Shown here: one piece after another, positions 46,832 to 58,100 of the stretch
How the letters are laid out: each line of letters starts with the position of its first letter
How positions within the stretch are numbered: the stretch's first letter is position 1
Virus record (IMG/VR): IMGVR_UViG_3300035703_000016
Coordinates: 1-64,000 of that record
DNA length: 64,000 nt
Reading direction: 5' to 3' (one strand)
From: a virus
Notes under the pieces: model-generated
Told to the model about the DNA's origin: nothing
Seen by the model: the letters and a program-made list of their open reading frames with translations, nothing else
The model's database searches: none
Program-made: the position numbers and the translations under genes

Positions 46832-47812
46832 TTAGAATAGATCGTCTTCTGTAATTGATTTACTTTTTTTATTATAATCGACACTTTTTTTATGAAAAAA
46901 ATCCCCCTCCTTAGTTGAAGTTATCTCAACATCAAACCAAAGAGTCTTTTCTATTTTTAAAAAATCAACATCGAAAATAGATTCCATTCCAATCTTATTA
47001 AGAGAAGAATTAAATCTATTCTTTATAAAATTTTCAATCGTTGATTTTGGTAAAAATTCTAATTCCCCATTTTCAAATATCCAATCAAGTATTTTACACT
47101 CTGCTTTATATGCTTTTTTACAAGCAGAATTTATAAGTTGTTCAAATTCTTTATCAAACCACTCAGGATTTTCTCTTTTTATTATGTTTATTATTTCAGA
47201 TCCAAAGTTTCCGTGAATATCCTCTTCTTTAGACGTCGCCTCTACTACATTTGAAATTCCTTTAAAAATATTTCTTTCTTTATTAAAAGACATCATTATT
47301 AGGAACTGACTAAATAAACTTACATGTTCAATAAACAAAGAAAATAGTAATACTGATTTTGTGTACATTTTATTATCAGAACTTCTAGTTCCGTCTAGAT
47401 ACTTTTTTAAATAAGAAATTCTATCTTTTATTGCTGGTATTTCAACTACTGTCTGAAACTCCTCTTCCAGTCCTAAAATTCTCAATAGCCTAGCATATGC
47501 GTCTTTATGTCTAACTTCAGATTCAGCAAATGTCATTCCAACATCTCCTATTTCTGTAATAGGCATTCTTTTATACATATCTGCCCAAAAAGTTTTTACA
47601 TTAACTTCTATTTGAGCAATTGCAAGCATTGTTCTTTTTATCGCTTCTCTTTCTGATTCTGAAACTTTTGTTTTAAAATCATCAATGTCAGTTGTAAAAT
47701 TAAATTCTGTATCTATCCAATAAGAATGTCGGATAGCATCTTTATATGCAAGTAGAGACGGATACTCGTATGGAAGTATATTCACTCTTGGCATAAATAT
47801 ATTATTATTCAT
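46832..47812 (-). CDS. nrdB: Class I ribonucleotide reductase beta subunit
   Basis: EVRHKDAY, EHVSLFSQF, EEDIH and DFF..K.VDY motifs. Confidence 0.95.
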   Translation of the reverse strand: MNNNIFMPRVNILPYEYPSLLAYKDAIRHSYWIDTEFNFTTDIDDFKTKVSESEREAIKRTMLAIAQIEVNVKTFWADMYKRMPITEIGDVGMTFAESEVRHKDAYARLLRILGLEEEFQTVVEIPAIKDRISYLKKYLDGTRSSDNKMYTKSVLLFSLFIEHVSLFSQFLIMMSFNKERNIFKGISNVVEATSKEEDIHGNFGSEIINIIKRENPEWFDKEFEQLINSACKKAYKAECKILDWIFENGELEFLPKSTIENFIKNRFNSSLNKIGMESIFDVDFLKIEKTLWFDVEITSTKEGDFFHKKSVDYNKKSKSITEDDLF

Positions 47813-47901
47813 TTCTAAATACCTTTATTTTTTAGAATAGTTTATAATCTAGGTCTTGTACAATAAGCCTATTAGTTATTTTTATTAATTAACACTATTC
47901 C

Positions 47902-48102
47902 TTATTTTCCTGGAATAGTCGAGTTTCCTGGAGTAGTAGGAGAATTAGATTGAGCTCTTGCTAGAGTTGATGTAGTTGGAGCTGCTTGATTTGTAGAATT
48001 TAGAAAAGCGATACTGTCATTATACTTTGTTGGAGTATCAGTTGTTCTATATCCGTCTGATTTTTTTGATTTCTTAAATAGATCTATTAAAAAATTTCCC
48101 AT
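47902..48102 (-). CDS. Small hypothetical protein
   Basis: ORF with an ATATTTAT box at 48124-48131. Confidence 0.6.
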   Translation of the reverse strand: MGNFLIDLFKKSKKSDGYRTTDTPTKYNDSIAFLNSTNQAAPTTSTLARAQSNSPTTPGNSTIPGK

Positions 48103-48138
48103 GATTGTTTTGTTTTTATATCAATAAATATCGATAAA

Positions 48139-49524
48139 TTATTTTGAAAGTTCAAAGAACTTTTTACTTAGTATTGATTTTTCTTCAAATGTCAAACTTC
48201 CTGCAGAAGAAGATTTAAATTGTCCATTTGTTTGAGCCTGCATTGATTGAATTTCTTCTTCAGTCAATTCTTGTGTATCTATTTTTATAGAACCATTGTC
48301 TGTGTTTATTTGAGCGTTATATGTCATACCGTCTTGACCGTATCTATTTTTCATAATGTGCACTCTACCAGTTTTATTTAACTTATCGATTCTTTTTCTT
48401 GACAAAGACGCAATAAAATCTGCAATCATAATTTTATTATAAGATCCAGCAGCTTTATCGCCTTCTACAATGTCGTCTTTTGCTCCAGCCCTATTAACTT
48501 GAGAAACAGACCATATTGGTGTATTTAATTCTCTTGCCATTCCCTTTATAGCTGTATATACGTCGTCTATTTCATCCTTTATATCCACAGATTTTCTATT
48601 TGATTTTAATAAATCAATATAATCTATGATAATTAAGTCTGGTTTGTGTCCTAAATCTATACATTTTCTTATGTGAGATTCTATAGTATTAACAGTTGTT
48701 TTCCCCATAGGAAACTCTTTTACTATGAGTTTTCCTGGTATATTTTTTATAACCTTTTCTACAGTTTCTCTATGATTATAAATCTCTTTAAAGTCTATAC
48801 CGGTTAATACCGAATCGTATCTTTTTCCAGTATAAATATCTGAAAGTTCTAATGTATAATGAACAACAGTAAAACCGTTCTTGATAGCGTACGCCCCTAA
48901 ATTAACTAGGAACCAAGATTTTCCACTCCCCGGTCCACCAAATATTAATCCTAAATCTCCTCTTCCCAGTCCTCCCATTAAATGTTGATTAATAATGTCC
49001 CATGGTGTTGGAATTGCAGCTCTATCATCTTCTCTGTGTCTTTGTTCTATATCTTTGTCATACTCATGTCCTATATTTTTATCTGCTCCTGCTTTTAAAG
49101 CTCTATCAATAATAGAACGAATGTCTTCAAATTGACCTTTTCCTAATAAATCTACTGAATTAAGTAATGCCTTTTTTAATTGTTGATTTTTACAAAATCC
49201 AGAAAATTCTTGTTCTATATAATCCCTGTCTTCATTTGCGGCTTTTAATGATTCTTTGACTTGCTCTGCTACTGATATTTTTAATACCTCATTATCTATT
49301 TTTTTTACTTCTACTTGTAAAAATTCTAATGACGGTGTTGTGTGGTATTTATAGTAGTACCTTAATATCTCTTTTACTATCCACTGAGACGCTGGGGAAT
49401 CAAACATTTCAGGCTCTATAACATCATTGATTGTCTGTAGAAACTCTTTATGCTTTAAAAGTGAACTAAGCACTTTTATTTGAAAACCTGAACCGTACGC
49501 GTTAAGCGTATTTAATTGTGCCAT
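48139..49524 (-). CDS. dnaB: Replicative DnaB-like (T4 gp41-type) helicase
   Basis: GGPGSGKS, IIIDYID, SQVNR and KNRYG motifs. Confidence 0.92.
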   Translation of the reverse strand: MAQLNTLNAYGSGFQIKVLSSLLKHKEFLQTINDVIEPEMFDSPASQWIVKEILRYYYKYHTTPSLEFLQVEVKKIDNEVLKISVAEQVKESLKAANEDRDYIEQEFSGFCKNQQLKKALLNSVDLLGKGQFEDIRSIIDRALKAGADKNIGHEYDKDIEQRHREDDRAAIPTPWDIINQHLMGGLGRGDLGLIFGGPGSGKSWFLVNLGAYAIKNGFTVVHYTLELSDIYTGKRYDSVLTGIDFKEIYNHRETVEKVIKNIPGKLIVKEFPMGKTTVNTIESHIRKCIDLGHKPDLIIIDYIDLLKSNRKSVDIKDEIDDVYTAIKGMARELNTPIWSVSQVNRAGAKDDIVEGDKAAGSYNKIMIADFIASLSRKRIDKLNKTGRVHIMKNRYGQDGMTYNAQINTDNGSIKIDTQELTEEEIQSMQAQTNGQFKSSSAGSLTFEEKSILSKKFFELSK

Positions 49525-49541
49525 AACTATTTATATTATTT

Positions 49542-50552
49542 TTAATTTGTACTTAAATACCTAAAATTAGTAAACAACCAAGTTTGAGGATTTGTTATAC
49601 TTTTTCCTAATTCATCCTCATTATACATTTCTATAAACTCTGAAGGATAATAATCTTTTTTTGCGTCTTGCACCATTTGATCTATTTCTATCTTTGCATC
49701 TTCTGGAATATTAGTATCTTCTAAGTCCATTAATTGCTTATTTATATATAGCTGATTCTTAAAGTCATATATTTTATTTAGCAATGGAACTTTACTATCT
49801 TTACATTTATCTAAGATATTCTCTAGATTAATAGTAACTGATTCTCCCAATTCAGGAAAATGTTTTAATAGAGTCTTGATTCCTAATCCTTTTACTCCAG
49901 GTACATTATCGCCTTTATCTCCTAATAAAATCTTTTGAGTTAAGAAATTTTTAGATGTGACTTCATATTCTCTTAATACGTCGTGTGGTCCATAAAATTT
50001 CTTTTTAGTAGGAGAATATATAGTTACTCTATCAGACGCTAGTTGAAGATAATCTCTATCAGAGGACATTATTGTTACTTCTCCATCAATACGTTTTGTT
50101 ATATATCCTATAACATCATCTGCTTCTATTTTATCAATGCATAAAAGATCCACTGGCAGACATTTTAAATAATCTATTAGTCTCACTAGTTGATTTTTTA
50201 TTGCGTCTCCTTCTTCTTCTAATGAATCAAATGTATCCCAATTTGTAATTCTTTTTAGTCCTCTATGGGCTTTATATTCTGGATATAGATATCTTTTATT
50301 TGTAGAACTACCTTTTCCGTCAAATACCACTATGACTCTGCTTGGTCGAACTAGTCTCATTCCGTAAGCCATTGATTTTAAAAATCCAGTCAGCGCTCCA
50401 ATGTGCTGTCCTGAAGGATTCGTATGCTGAATCATTGCGAACGATCTCAAAAAATTATTCAACCCGTCTACTATGAAAGTTTTAGATTTTTCATTAGAAA
50501 CAGATTTTTCATCTTTTAATGAGTCTAATATATCTTGATAATTGCTATTCAT
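49542..50552 (-). CDS. 5'-3' exonuclease / RNase H (FEN-like)
   Basis: VDG.N, VFDG, YKAHR, EADD, SSDRD and GD..DNVPGV.G.G.KT motifs. Confidence 0.92.
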   Translation of the reverse strand: MNSNYQDILDSLKDEKSVSNEKSKTFIVDGLNNFLRSFAMIQHTNPSGQHIGALTGFLKSMAYGMRLVRPSRVIVVFDGKGSSTNKRYLYPEYKAHRGLKRITNWDTFDSLEEEGDAIKNQLVRLIDYLKCLPVDLLCIDKIEADDVIGYITKRIDGEVTIMSSDRDYLQLASDRVTIYSPTKKKFYGPHDVLREYEVTSKNFLTQKILLGDKGDNVPGVKGLGIKTLLKHFPELGESVTINLENILDKCKDSKVPLLNKIYDFKNQLYINKQLMDLEDTNIPEDAKIEIDQMVQDAKKDYYPSEFIEMYNEDELGKSITNPQTWLFTNFRYLSTN

Positions 50553-50564
50553 AATTTTTATTTT

Positions 50565-51644
50565 TTATTCTGAATCATCAAAAATATCTGATGAATTTTC
50601 TGGTTCTTCTATTAAGTCAAAATCTTCAGTTCCCAAAGTCTTTAACCATTCATGAGCATGAGTCTTTTTATAAGATTCGATTTCTTTTTTATCATCATTT
50701 ATAAATCCATGAACAGTCATTATAACTTTTCCAATAGCTGTTACTCCAGTAATGTGATTTTTATCACAACTTAATCTAGTTCTTTTTGCAAACTCTACTG
50801 TTTTTCCATTTTTACTAGCATTTATTTTATTAGTGCCTGCATTTGTTATATTTCCAAAAGTTAAAACTAAAGAAGCGTCAAACCACATAGTATTACCACC
50901 TTTATTTTGCATTTTTGGTTGACCTAGTCTTACTTCTGGTTTTGCTACCCAAACTTTATTAATAGCAACTAATGTGTTTGTATATTTTTGACTTTCTTTT
51001 CTAGACATTATGATCCTTTGGTTGATAAAATTACCAAATTGTTGACTCATAGCTCCAGCATTCCACTCGTTATTATTGGAATTTGATTCTATGCTTAATC
51101 TACATGGAATTGATCCAACAGAATCCCAGAAAAAACAAATATTATAAGGTAGATTTTCTTTTTTTTGTTCATCTAATATATCAGCAATAAATGCAGAGAC
51201 GTCTTCTACACAATTCATTTTTTCTCTATCTACATAAATAAAAAATCCGCTATAGTCTACTACTTCTCCAGTAGTTTCATCTACTACTTCATCAAATTTT
51301 AATCCCATTGACTTTGCATGCTCCCAAGACCACTTCATTTCTGTAATTATAAAAACTGGTAAAATCCCCATAGATTGAGCACTAACTGCTGCTTCCAATA
51401 GCGCTGTTGTTTTTCCAGTATCTGAGTGACCTCTCAAAAGAGTTATATGACCTAATGGTATTCCTGAAATTTGTAAAGTATCTTGAAATGCTTGAGATAG
51501 AGGAATCCACCTAGTCTCTTTAAATTTTACAGAAGTGCTCGATAAATTTTTAGATTTTTTAAATTTATCTAAACTAAAAGAGCCCTTTATAGCATCTGAT
51601 ACACTAGAAATAACCCCTTCTTTTTTTTCTTTGTCTTTTTTCAT
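50565..51644 (-). CDS. recA: RecA/UvsX-like recombinase
   Basis: GIP.G.IT...GHSDTGKT, WDSVG, GG..M.F.AS and DKNH motifs. Confidence 0.85.
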   Translation of the reverse strand: MKKDKEKKEGVISSVSDAIKGSFSLDKFKKSKNLSSTSVKFKETRWIPLSQAFQDTLQISGIPLGHITLLRGHSDTGKTTALLEAAVSAQSMGILPVFIITEMKWSWEHAKSMGLKFDEVVDETTGEVVDYSGFFIYVDREKMNCVEDVSAFIADILDEQKKENLPYNICFFWDSVGSIPCRLSIESNSNNNEWNAGAMSQQFGNFINQRIIMSRKESQKYTNTLVAINKVWVAKPEVRLGQPKMQNKGGNTMWFDASLVLTFGNITNAGTNKINASKNGKTVEFAKRTRLSCDKNHITGVTAIGKVIMTVHGFINDDKKEIESYKKTHAHEWLKTLGTEDFDLIEEPENSSDIFDDSE

Positions 51645-51674
51645 ATAATATATAACTAATTTTTAAAAATAAAA

Positions 51675-51767
51675 ATGGCCCTAACAATTCCGAGAACTAC
51701 TACCCTCTGCGGAAAATTAGGGCCATATAATTTAGAATATAGATTGTTTAGTAGTAGTAAACATCTA
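51675..51767 (-). terminator. Two hairpins between the SSB and RecA genes, the second terminator-like
   Basis: ATGGCCCTAA...TTAGGGCCAT plus T run, and TAGATGTTTA...TAAACAATCTA. Confidence 0.6.
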
Positions 51768-51778
51768 ATACATATAGA

Positions 51779-52603
51779 CTACAGGTTAAATAGTTCGTCT
51801 ATTACTTTATCTGTATCTGATTTTTTTGTGCTAAGAGAAAAAGATTTTGGTTCAGCATCTTTTCCTTTTTGCCAAGGTAAATCTCCAGATGTTTCTGATT
51901 CTTCTATAACTGCTGCTGGTTTTTCAGTTTCTTCTTCAGGAGTCAAATGAGCCTGTAAAGCTGCTTTCATATCTTCATAAGAATGCTTTGTATACGCTTC
52001 TAGAGGATTTGGCTGCTCGGTTAACCACTTTTTAACTTCTGCTTCTTTTTCTGATAAAGGGGTTATTTTAGTTCTTACTCTTACTTTTGATTGAGTATAC
52101 TGTGTTCCATTCTGTTCTGGAGAAGTTGTTTCTATTGTGATATCACGTCCAGAAATAGGATCTGTATAATCGCCAACGTCTTCATCTTCCATAATAGCGA
52201 TCAGTTCCATATAAACTTGTTTGCTAAATTCCCAAAGCATTACACCTTTGTCTTCTTCTCCTCTTACTATTACAGGAACCATTACTCTCATTCTAGGTTC
52301 TAGCTTTTTAGCAAGCTGCCAATCTTCTTTATTTGAAGACTTTCTTAATTTTTGAGTAAATTCAGAAATAGGATCTTTTTCTCCATAATTAGAAGGAGAC
52401 ATCATCGTCTTATTGTTTATGCCATAATACACATAAACTTCTTTAAAAGGATTGGTTTTATCGAAAACTGATGGTAAGATTCTTACTGAATGTTTTCCTA
52501 CAGATGGTCTCCAAAGAGTTTTAGGTTTATTGTCTCCTTTTGCTGATTTTGGATTTTGTAATGCAGCTAATCGCTGCTTCAATGCTGAAATGTCAATTGC
52601 CAT
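51779..52603 (-). CDS. gp32-like single-stranded DNA-binding protein
   Basis: W.P..G...VRILP, DPI, V.LW.F, D.TDP..GRDI and acidic tail ending ELF. Confidence 0.8.
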   Translation of the reverse strand: MAIDISALKQRLAALQNPKSAKGDNKPKTLWRPSVGKHSVRILPSVFDKTNPFKEVYVYYGINNKTMMSPSNYGEKDPISEFTQKLRKSSNKEDWQLAKKLEPRMRVMVPVIVRGEEDKGVMLWEFSKQVYMELIAIMEDEDVGDYTDPISGRDITIETTSPEQNGTQYTQSKVRVRTKITPLSEKEAEVKKWLTEQPNPLEAYTKHSYEDMKAALQAHLTPEEETEKPAAVIEESETSGDLPWQKGKDAEPKSFSLSTKKSDTDKVIDELFNL

Positions 52604-52663
52604 AATATTTCGTAAATGTTTATAATTAAATGTATAAAAGTAGATTGATATAAAAAAACAAAT

Positions 52664-53086
52664 CTATGAAGTCGTAATTATCTTATGAACTAGTGTATTT
52701 AATTTTCTAAATTCATTTCCTTGAGTTAGTAATAAAGAATTTTTATACTCATTCCAGTCTACAGAAACTCTACTATCAGAAATTCCATTATTTAATCTTT
52801 GTATTAAATTATTTAAAGCATTTATAGTATATAGAGTATTTGTTTCTTTTTTTCTATGAAGTAGTATAGTATTACTTATAATGTATGTTTGTTGATCTTC
52901 TACTTCGATATTGTAAGTACACATATATTCTTCTGATTCTGGAGAAGCAAGAACAAATATCTTATTATATAGGATTTTATATTGACTATTTATCTCTGCT
53001 AGTCTTTGATCTAATCTGTCTTTTGGAGTAAAGCTACAAAACAGCCTATTCATGAGTGATTGTTGCGTTAATGTTATCGATGCCAT
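52664..53086 (-). CDS. Conserved hypothetical phage protein
   Basis: LHRKKETNTLYTINALN motif. Confidence 0.75.
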   Translation of the reverse strand: MASITLTQQSLMNRLFCSFTPKDRLDQRLAEINSQYKILYNKIFVLASPESEEYMCTYNIEVEDQQTYIISNTILLHRKKETNTLYTINALNNLIQRLNNGISDSRVSVDWNEYKNSLLLTQGNEFRKLNTLVHKIITTS

Positions 53087-53112
53087 AACCTTTTATTTAT
53101 AAATATCGTCTT

Positions 53113-54417
53113 TTAGTTAAAAAAATAAGTTTTTGAATGTCTATGTTTTACTTTAAATTCTCCCTCTTCTAAAATTTGTTTTACTTTTATTAAAAACTCT
53201 TTTCCGTCTTCTATAGAATAATCGAATAAAAAAGAATCATACGTAATAAGTACTAATTTACTTTTATAATTTTGCATCATTTCCCTTAGTTTCTCTATTT
53301 TATAAGAATTTACTCTTGTTTCTAAATTCTGAATCCAATAATTAAATAATTTAAGAGCAGTTATTTCAGAATCTCTTTTTAACATTATCCCCGTTGGTAG
53401 CGTTATGGATCCTTGTTTTTTATACTTAGCCCATATTTTGTTTATAAAATTATCTAAAGATGAAAAAAATAAATGTTTTTTGTATTTATCTTCTATTCCT
53501 CCATATAACTGTCTAAAAGTTATCTCTTTAGATTTATTATACTCTTCTTCTGTTAAATTACTTTTATTAAAGTATATTTTTCCTAATTGAGCGTGTATAG
53601 ACTCTTGAGTATCTTCAAATTGATAATTAATTTGCTTAGCTATTAGTCTTAAATGATAACTGTCAAAATCGAATTCTATTAAATAATCATATCTTGGAAT
53701 AAAACAATCTCTAAACTCTTTATTTTTAGGAATTGCTACAAAATTAATTCCGTTGTATGAGTTTGTAGGTCTACCTGTTGTATTATACATATTATAGTAA
53801 GAATATGCTAATCTAGATTTTATAAAAACTCTACTATCTTCTATTCCATATACTTTTTCAAATAATTTTTGATTTATGCAAATACCAGATTTCTCAACCC
53901 ACTTATATAAAAGGGATATTTTATTTAAAATAGAATAATCATTTTCTAAATCAATTAAAGATTGTACTTTATTGTATAAATTTTCACATCTTTCATAATG
54001 TTTTGTTATAGGAATAATTTCATTTATGCTATCTAATTGTCGTAGTCTTGAGTTAAATTCTCTATGTAAAATTGTACTATATTCTAGTTTTGATGAGTCT
54101 ATCCCCTGTTCTACTCTAGTAAATTGTAAATCTATAACATTCTCTAAATTTAAAAAATAAGAATGAAATTTATAATCCAATAAATACACTTTTTTATGGC
54201 AGTTTATGAAACATTCAATTTGAGCTACTTCTAGGCTAAATCCTTCGCTATGATTCACTGAGAGTATATAACCTTTAGTTCCATCATTATAATAGACCAG
54301 AGAGCATCTGGATAGCTCAGGATGGCATTTATCTGAAGATGGTATTAATTGAATGAAACAAACATCGCTTTTTGGTAAATTATCTAATTGTTCTTTTGTT
54401 TCAATAATAAAATACAT
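53113..54417 (-). CDS. Second, divergent family-A polymerase-like protein
   Basis: TTGRP.N..NG.NF, EFDFDSYHLRLI, SK..TFRQLYG, QNLET and YDSFLFD motifs. Confidence 0.75.
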   Translation of the reverse strand: MYFIIETKEQLDNLPKSDVCFIQLIPSSDKCHPELSRCSLVYYNDGTKGYILSVNHSEGFSLEVAQIECFINCHKKVYLLDYKFHSYFLNLENVIDLQFTRVEQGIDSSKLEYSTILHREFNSRLRQLDSINEIIPITKHYERCENLYNKVQSLIDLENDYSILNKISLLYKWVEKSGICINQKLFEKVYGIEDSRVFIKSRLAYSYYNMYNTTGRPTNSYNGINFVAIPKNKEFRDCFIPRYDYLIEFDFDSYHLRLIAKQINYQFEDTQESIHAQLGKIYFNKSNLTEEEYNKSKEITFRQLYGGIEDKYKKHLFFSSLDNFINKIWAKYKKQGSITLPTGIMLKRDSEITALKLFNYWIQNLETRVNSYKIEKLREMMQNYKSKLVLITYDSFLFDYSIEDGKEFLIKVKQILEEGEFKVKHRHSKTYFFN

Positions 54418-54474
54418 GACATAACCTATTTTTATTAAAGTATTTTATTTTTTGAATTTTTTTTAACTTTTGTT

Positions 54475-55149
54475 CTAAGTGTTAGGTCTTGCCCATTTTG
54501 AGTAGTCTCCTCCTATAAAATCAATTATTCCAAGTAAAGTTCTATTTAAATTTTCTGTGAGTCTCTTATTCACATCTATTATTCCAGATCTAGTATCATA
54601 TTGATTTATTCTAATAGAATTTAGAGGACCAGTTAATTTCCAAAGAATTTGACCTGTTTGATACATAGATATATCATAAGAAGCTGATCCGTCTTGAATG
54701 CTATTGTATTCTTGTTCTGAAATCTCGATTATAAATCCGATATTATTTTTCTTTTTCACAAAATACCTAATAATGTATCCTCTATCGTAATCACTTGGAA
54801 GAGGGAGCGGATAAAACGATAAAGGACCTGTTGTTGAATTTCCTATTCCATATACCGATTGTTGAGTTGTTGGAGAGGTTATGTTTTTATTATTAGGTGT
54901 AGAATTAGAAAGAGCATCTATCAGTATAGGAGACAAACTTTTATTTGTCAATACTGGAGATTGTTTATATTGTTGCACTGGAGTTAATAACTCGTTTGGT
55001 CCTGAAATAGGATCAGTTCCTGAAAATGCTTTACCGTCATACGTTGTATAAAATTTACCAACATATGGTTTTCCATTTACAGTAAAATCTCCACCAGCTG
55101 TGTTTTGATTAGTCTGTACTCTAAATGAAGGATAATATTTTAATGACAT
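54475..55149 (-). CDS. Hypothetical protein, probably structural
   Basis: Lies in the tail operon; DY.RG.I.RYF and W.LTG motifs. Confidence 0.6.
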   Translation of the reverse strand: MSLKYYPSFRVQTNQNTAGGDFTVNGKPYVGKFYTTYDGKAFSGTDPISGPNELLTPVQQYKQSPVLTNKSLSPILIDALSNSTPNNKNITSPTTQQSVYGIGNSTTGPLSFYPLPLPSDYDRGYIIRYFVKKKNNIGFIIEISEQEYNSIQDGSASYDISMYQTGQILWKLTGPLNSIRINQYDTRSGIIDVNKRLTENLNRTLLGIIDFIGGDYSKWARPNT

Positions 55150-55150
55150 A

Positions 55151-58100
55151 TTACGTTAATGTTGAAGTATTATCTTTAAATATAGTATTTGCTGCGGCAA
55201 GTCTACCATTAAAATTAGCTGATTCTGCTTTTGGCCTTTCATACTTATTCATTATAATTTTTGTAGCTTGTTCTACAGTAGATGAAGTTTTTATTTCAGA
55301 TAATACATTTGGATAATCTTTTTGTAATTCTTCTACTACAAATTCTAATTGAGTATATAAGTCTGATACGCTTTTATTTTTTTTATATGCAAACATTCTT
55401 AGCTTATCTTGTCTACTTTTTATAGTCCACTGCGCTAGTCCATATCCTACATTTGGAGTTAGCGGAGCAGCTGTTGAGACTTGAGTTGCATTTGGATTTA
55501 ATCTACTTTCTTGCCAAAAATTTCCAACAAATGCAGATGCTTGTTCTGAAGTAAAAATTTCTTTACTTTTTGGAGTAGATTTTCCCGTAAAAAACTGATA
55601 AATTAAATTTGCATTTCTTGGTAAACTTATATTTATTTGTTCTGGGATTATATCTTGATTTTGGATTTCTACTTGAGTTGGAATAATGTCTCTAACTTCT
55701 GACTGACCTTTACTTGGATTTCTTATAAGAGTCATAAATCCATCAATACTAGTTGTCCATTGATTATCTGAAATTGTATGAGATATTTTTGATATTGAAA
55801 AAGCCGTCTTTCTTAAATTTCCTGCTCCATCACTAAGATTTATAGAACTATATCTATACGGTAATAATCTTTCATCTATTGTATATAATTGAAATGGAAA
55901 TAATCCAGACATCCCATCCATTACGACATTAGATTTAACAGGTATTATCATAGCATGTAAACTTTCAGGCTGTTCATTTTTTACTTTTGCCATTTTATCA
56001 ATATAATATGACATAGCTTTATTAATAGAGTCTCTTGATATAAAAAGAGTATCTTGATTTTCACTACCGTCTTCTCTAGAAATACTATAAATACTCTTTA
56101 CTACGTTGTTAAAATTTATAGCAAGTTGAGCAGCTGGAAGATTAGAAGATTCATCCTCAGAATTAGAAGGATCACTAAATTTATATGGAAGATATCTATC
56201 AAAAGATCCAGAATTATAAATTCCAAAATCAGAAGTATTTTTAGAATTTGATACTTGATCTTGAATTCCTGGATTTGAAGATATTGCTATTAAACTAGCT
56301 AGTCTTGAACTTAAATCCGTGCTAATGTTAAATGATCTAGCTATAGATTTTTTGCCATAAATAGGTATTTCGTATTCGTCTGATTGTGAATTAACTATAG
56401 AACTATGAACGCTTTGTAAAGATTCATCTGGTCTTATTTGTATCTGATCATCAGTTATAACATAACAATTAGCTGTATCACTATAGGATAATCTAAATGA
56501 ATTATATAAACCCATACTTTTATTCAAATCAGTTAATATTTTTTCTATGACTGTTTGAAAATAGGCTTCGTTGGTACTACTACTGTTTTTTATAGTCTGA
56601 ATCACATCTTGTAATAGATAATTTATGTCAACCATTACATTCATCAGTCTTCCTATATATCCGTCAGGTTTACCTCCAAATTTTGGAATTTTTTGTTGAG
56701 GAAGAGCGCCACTTAATTTATCATTTGAAAAATCAAATAAAGGTGTTGGTGCTTGAATTGGAATTTGTTGATTTGTATCTTGCAGTTTTGGTAGAACAGC
56801 TTTTATTGAATCATTTTCTATTAATGTTTTATTAAATAACTTTTTATAGTCTTGATTTTTTCCTATGTATGGCACTATAAATTTGTAAGGATCTATAGAT
56901 ATTTGATTTATGCTACTTAAATAAAAATTCGTTTCTGGGTTAAAATCTAAATAAGTCACTGGAGTGAGTGTATCTCCGGTTTTTAATTTTCCAACTGTCT
57001 CTTTGTTATAAAGTAAACTGGTGTGATTTAGCATCAAAAAGAATAATCCTAAATTAATATAGACAGATAGCTTTGGTTTAGAACTTACTTCTAAATCACA
57101 AGATTCTCCGTAAGGAACGGGAACTATTTTAAATAACTCTTTAAAGTTTACTTGAGGAATTACGCCTTTAGCCATTTGATTTTTTAAAATCATCGTGCTA
57201 TTTGAATCATTTTTATAGGCATTTTCCCCAGACATTAAATAAAAATTATTTCCATATCTTAGATTTGCTTCTAATCTATCTAAAGAGTTTAATGTTCCAC
57301 TTATATACTTCTTAAAAAACTCATCATCATATTTTGAATAATCTTCTTCCCACGGAATTCCTTTATTAAATATAGGAGCGTATACTCCTTCAGAAAATAA
57401 ATTTTTTATAAAGTCTTTGTATTCAGGTCTAGATAATAATTGTCTATTAGTCGCATTATTTACTCCGTATAAAAGTATTGATCTTAACATGAGTTCAATA
57501 GTAGACTCAGAATCTACTGTGCCTCTTAAAGCTTCAGCGTTATATTCATTCTGCAAGTCCCTTTCTTTTTGAGATAATTGAGCTAATGCGTCATTTTCGG
57601 CTTTTTGAATAGCAGCATTTCTCTCTTGAAGAAATTTGTTTTCTCTTAAATTTTGAGGACCAATTATGCTGGTTATTATTCCAAAATCTGAATAATCAGA
57701 TATTTTATTTCCAAGTATAATTTTATATTCAGAATTATTTTTTACTGATAATACTATCTTAGAGTGGCTAGAAATATCTGTTTCTATACTATCTATATAA
57801 TACTCTGTATTTGGATTTGAAAATAAAGACTTTGCTGTATCAATAGATCCTCCAGAAATATCAAGTGTTATAGAAAATTTAATATTATTTTTTTGATAAG
57901 ACATATTATCACCAGACTCTTGAAATAATATGTCTACATAGTTTGTAGATGATTTTCTGTCTCCTATTTTTATGTCTAAATTTAATAAAGTTACTCCATC
58001 TATTTTATTATTAACCAATCTATATAAGTAGTCTGTATCTAATTTAACTGATATATTCCCAAAAGATTTTTGTTGGGGTTGACTAGTAATTGCAATATAT

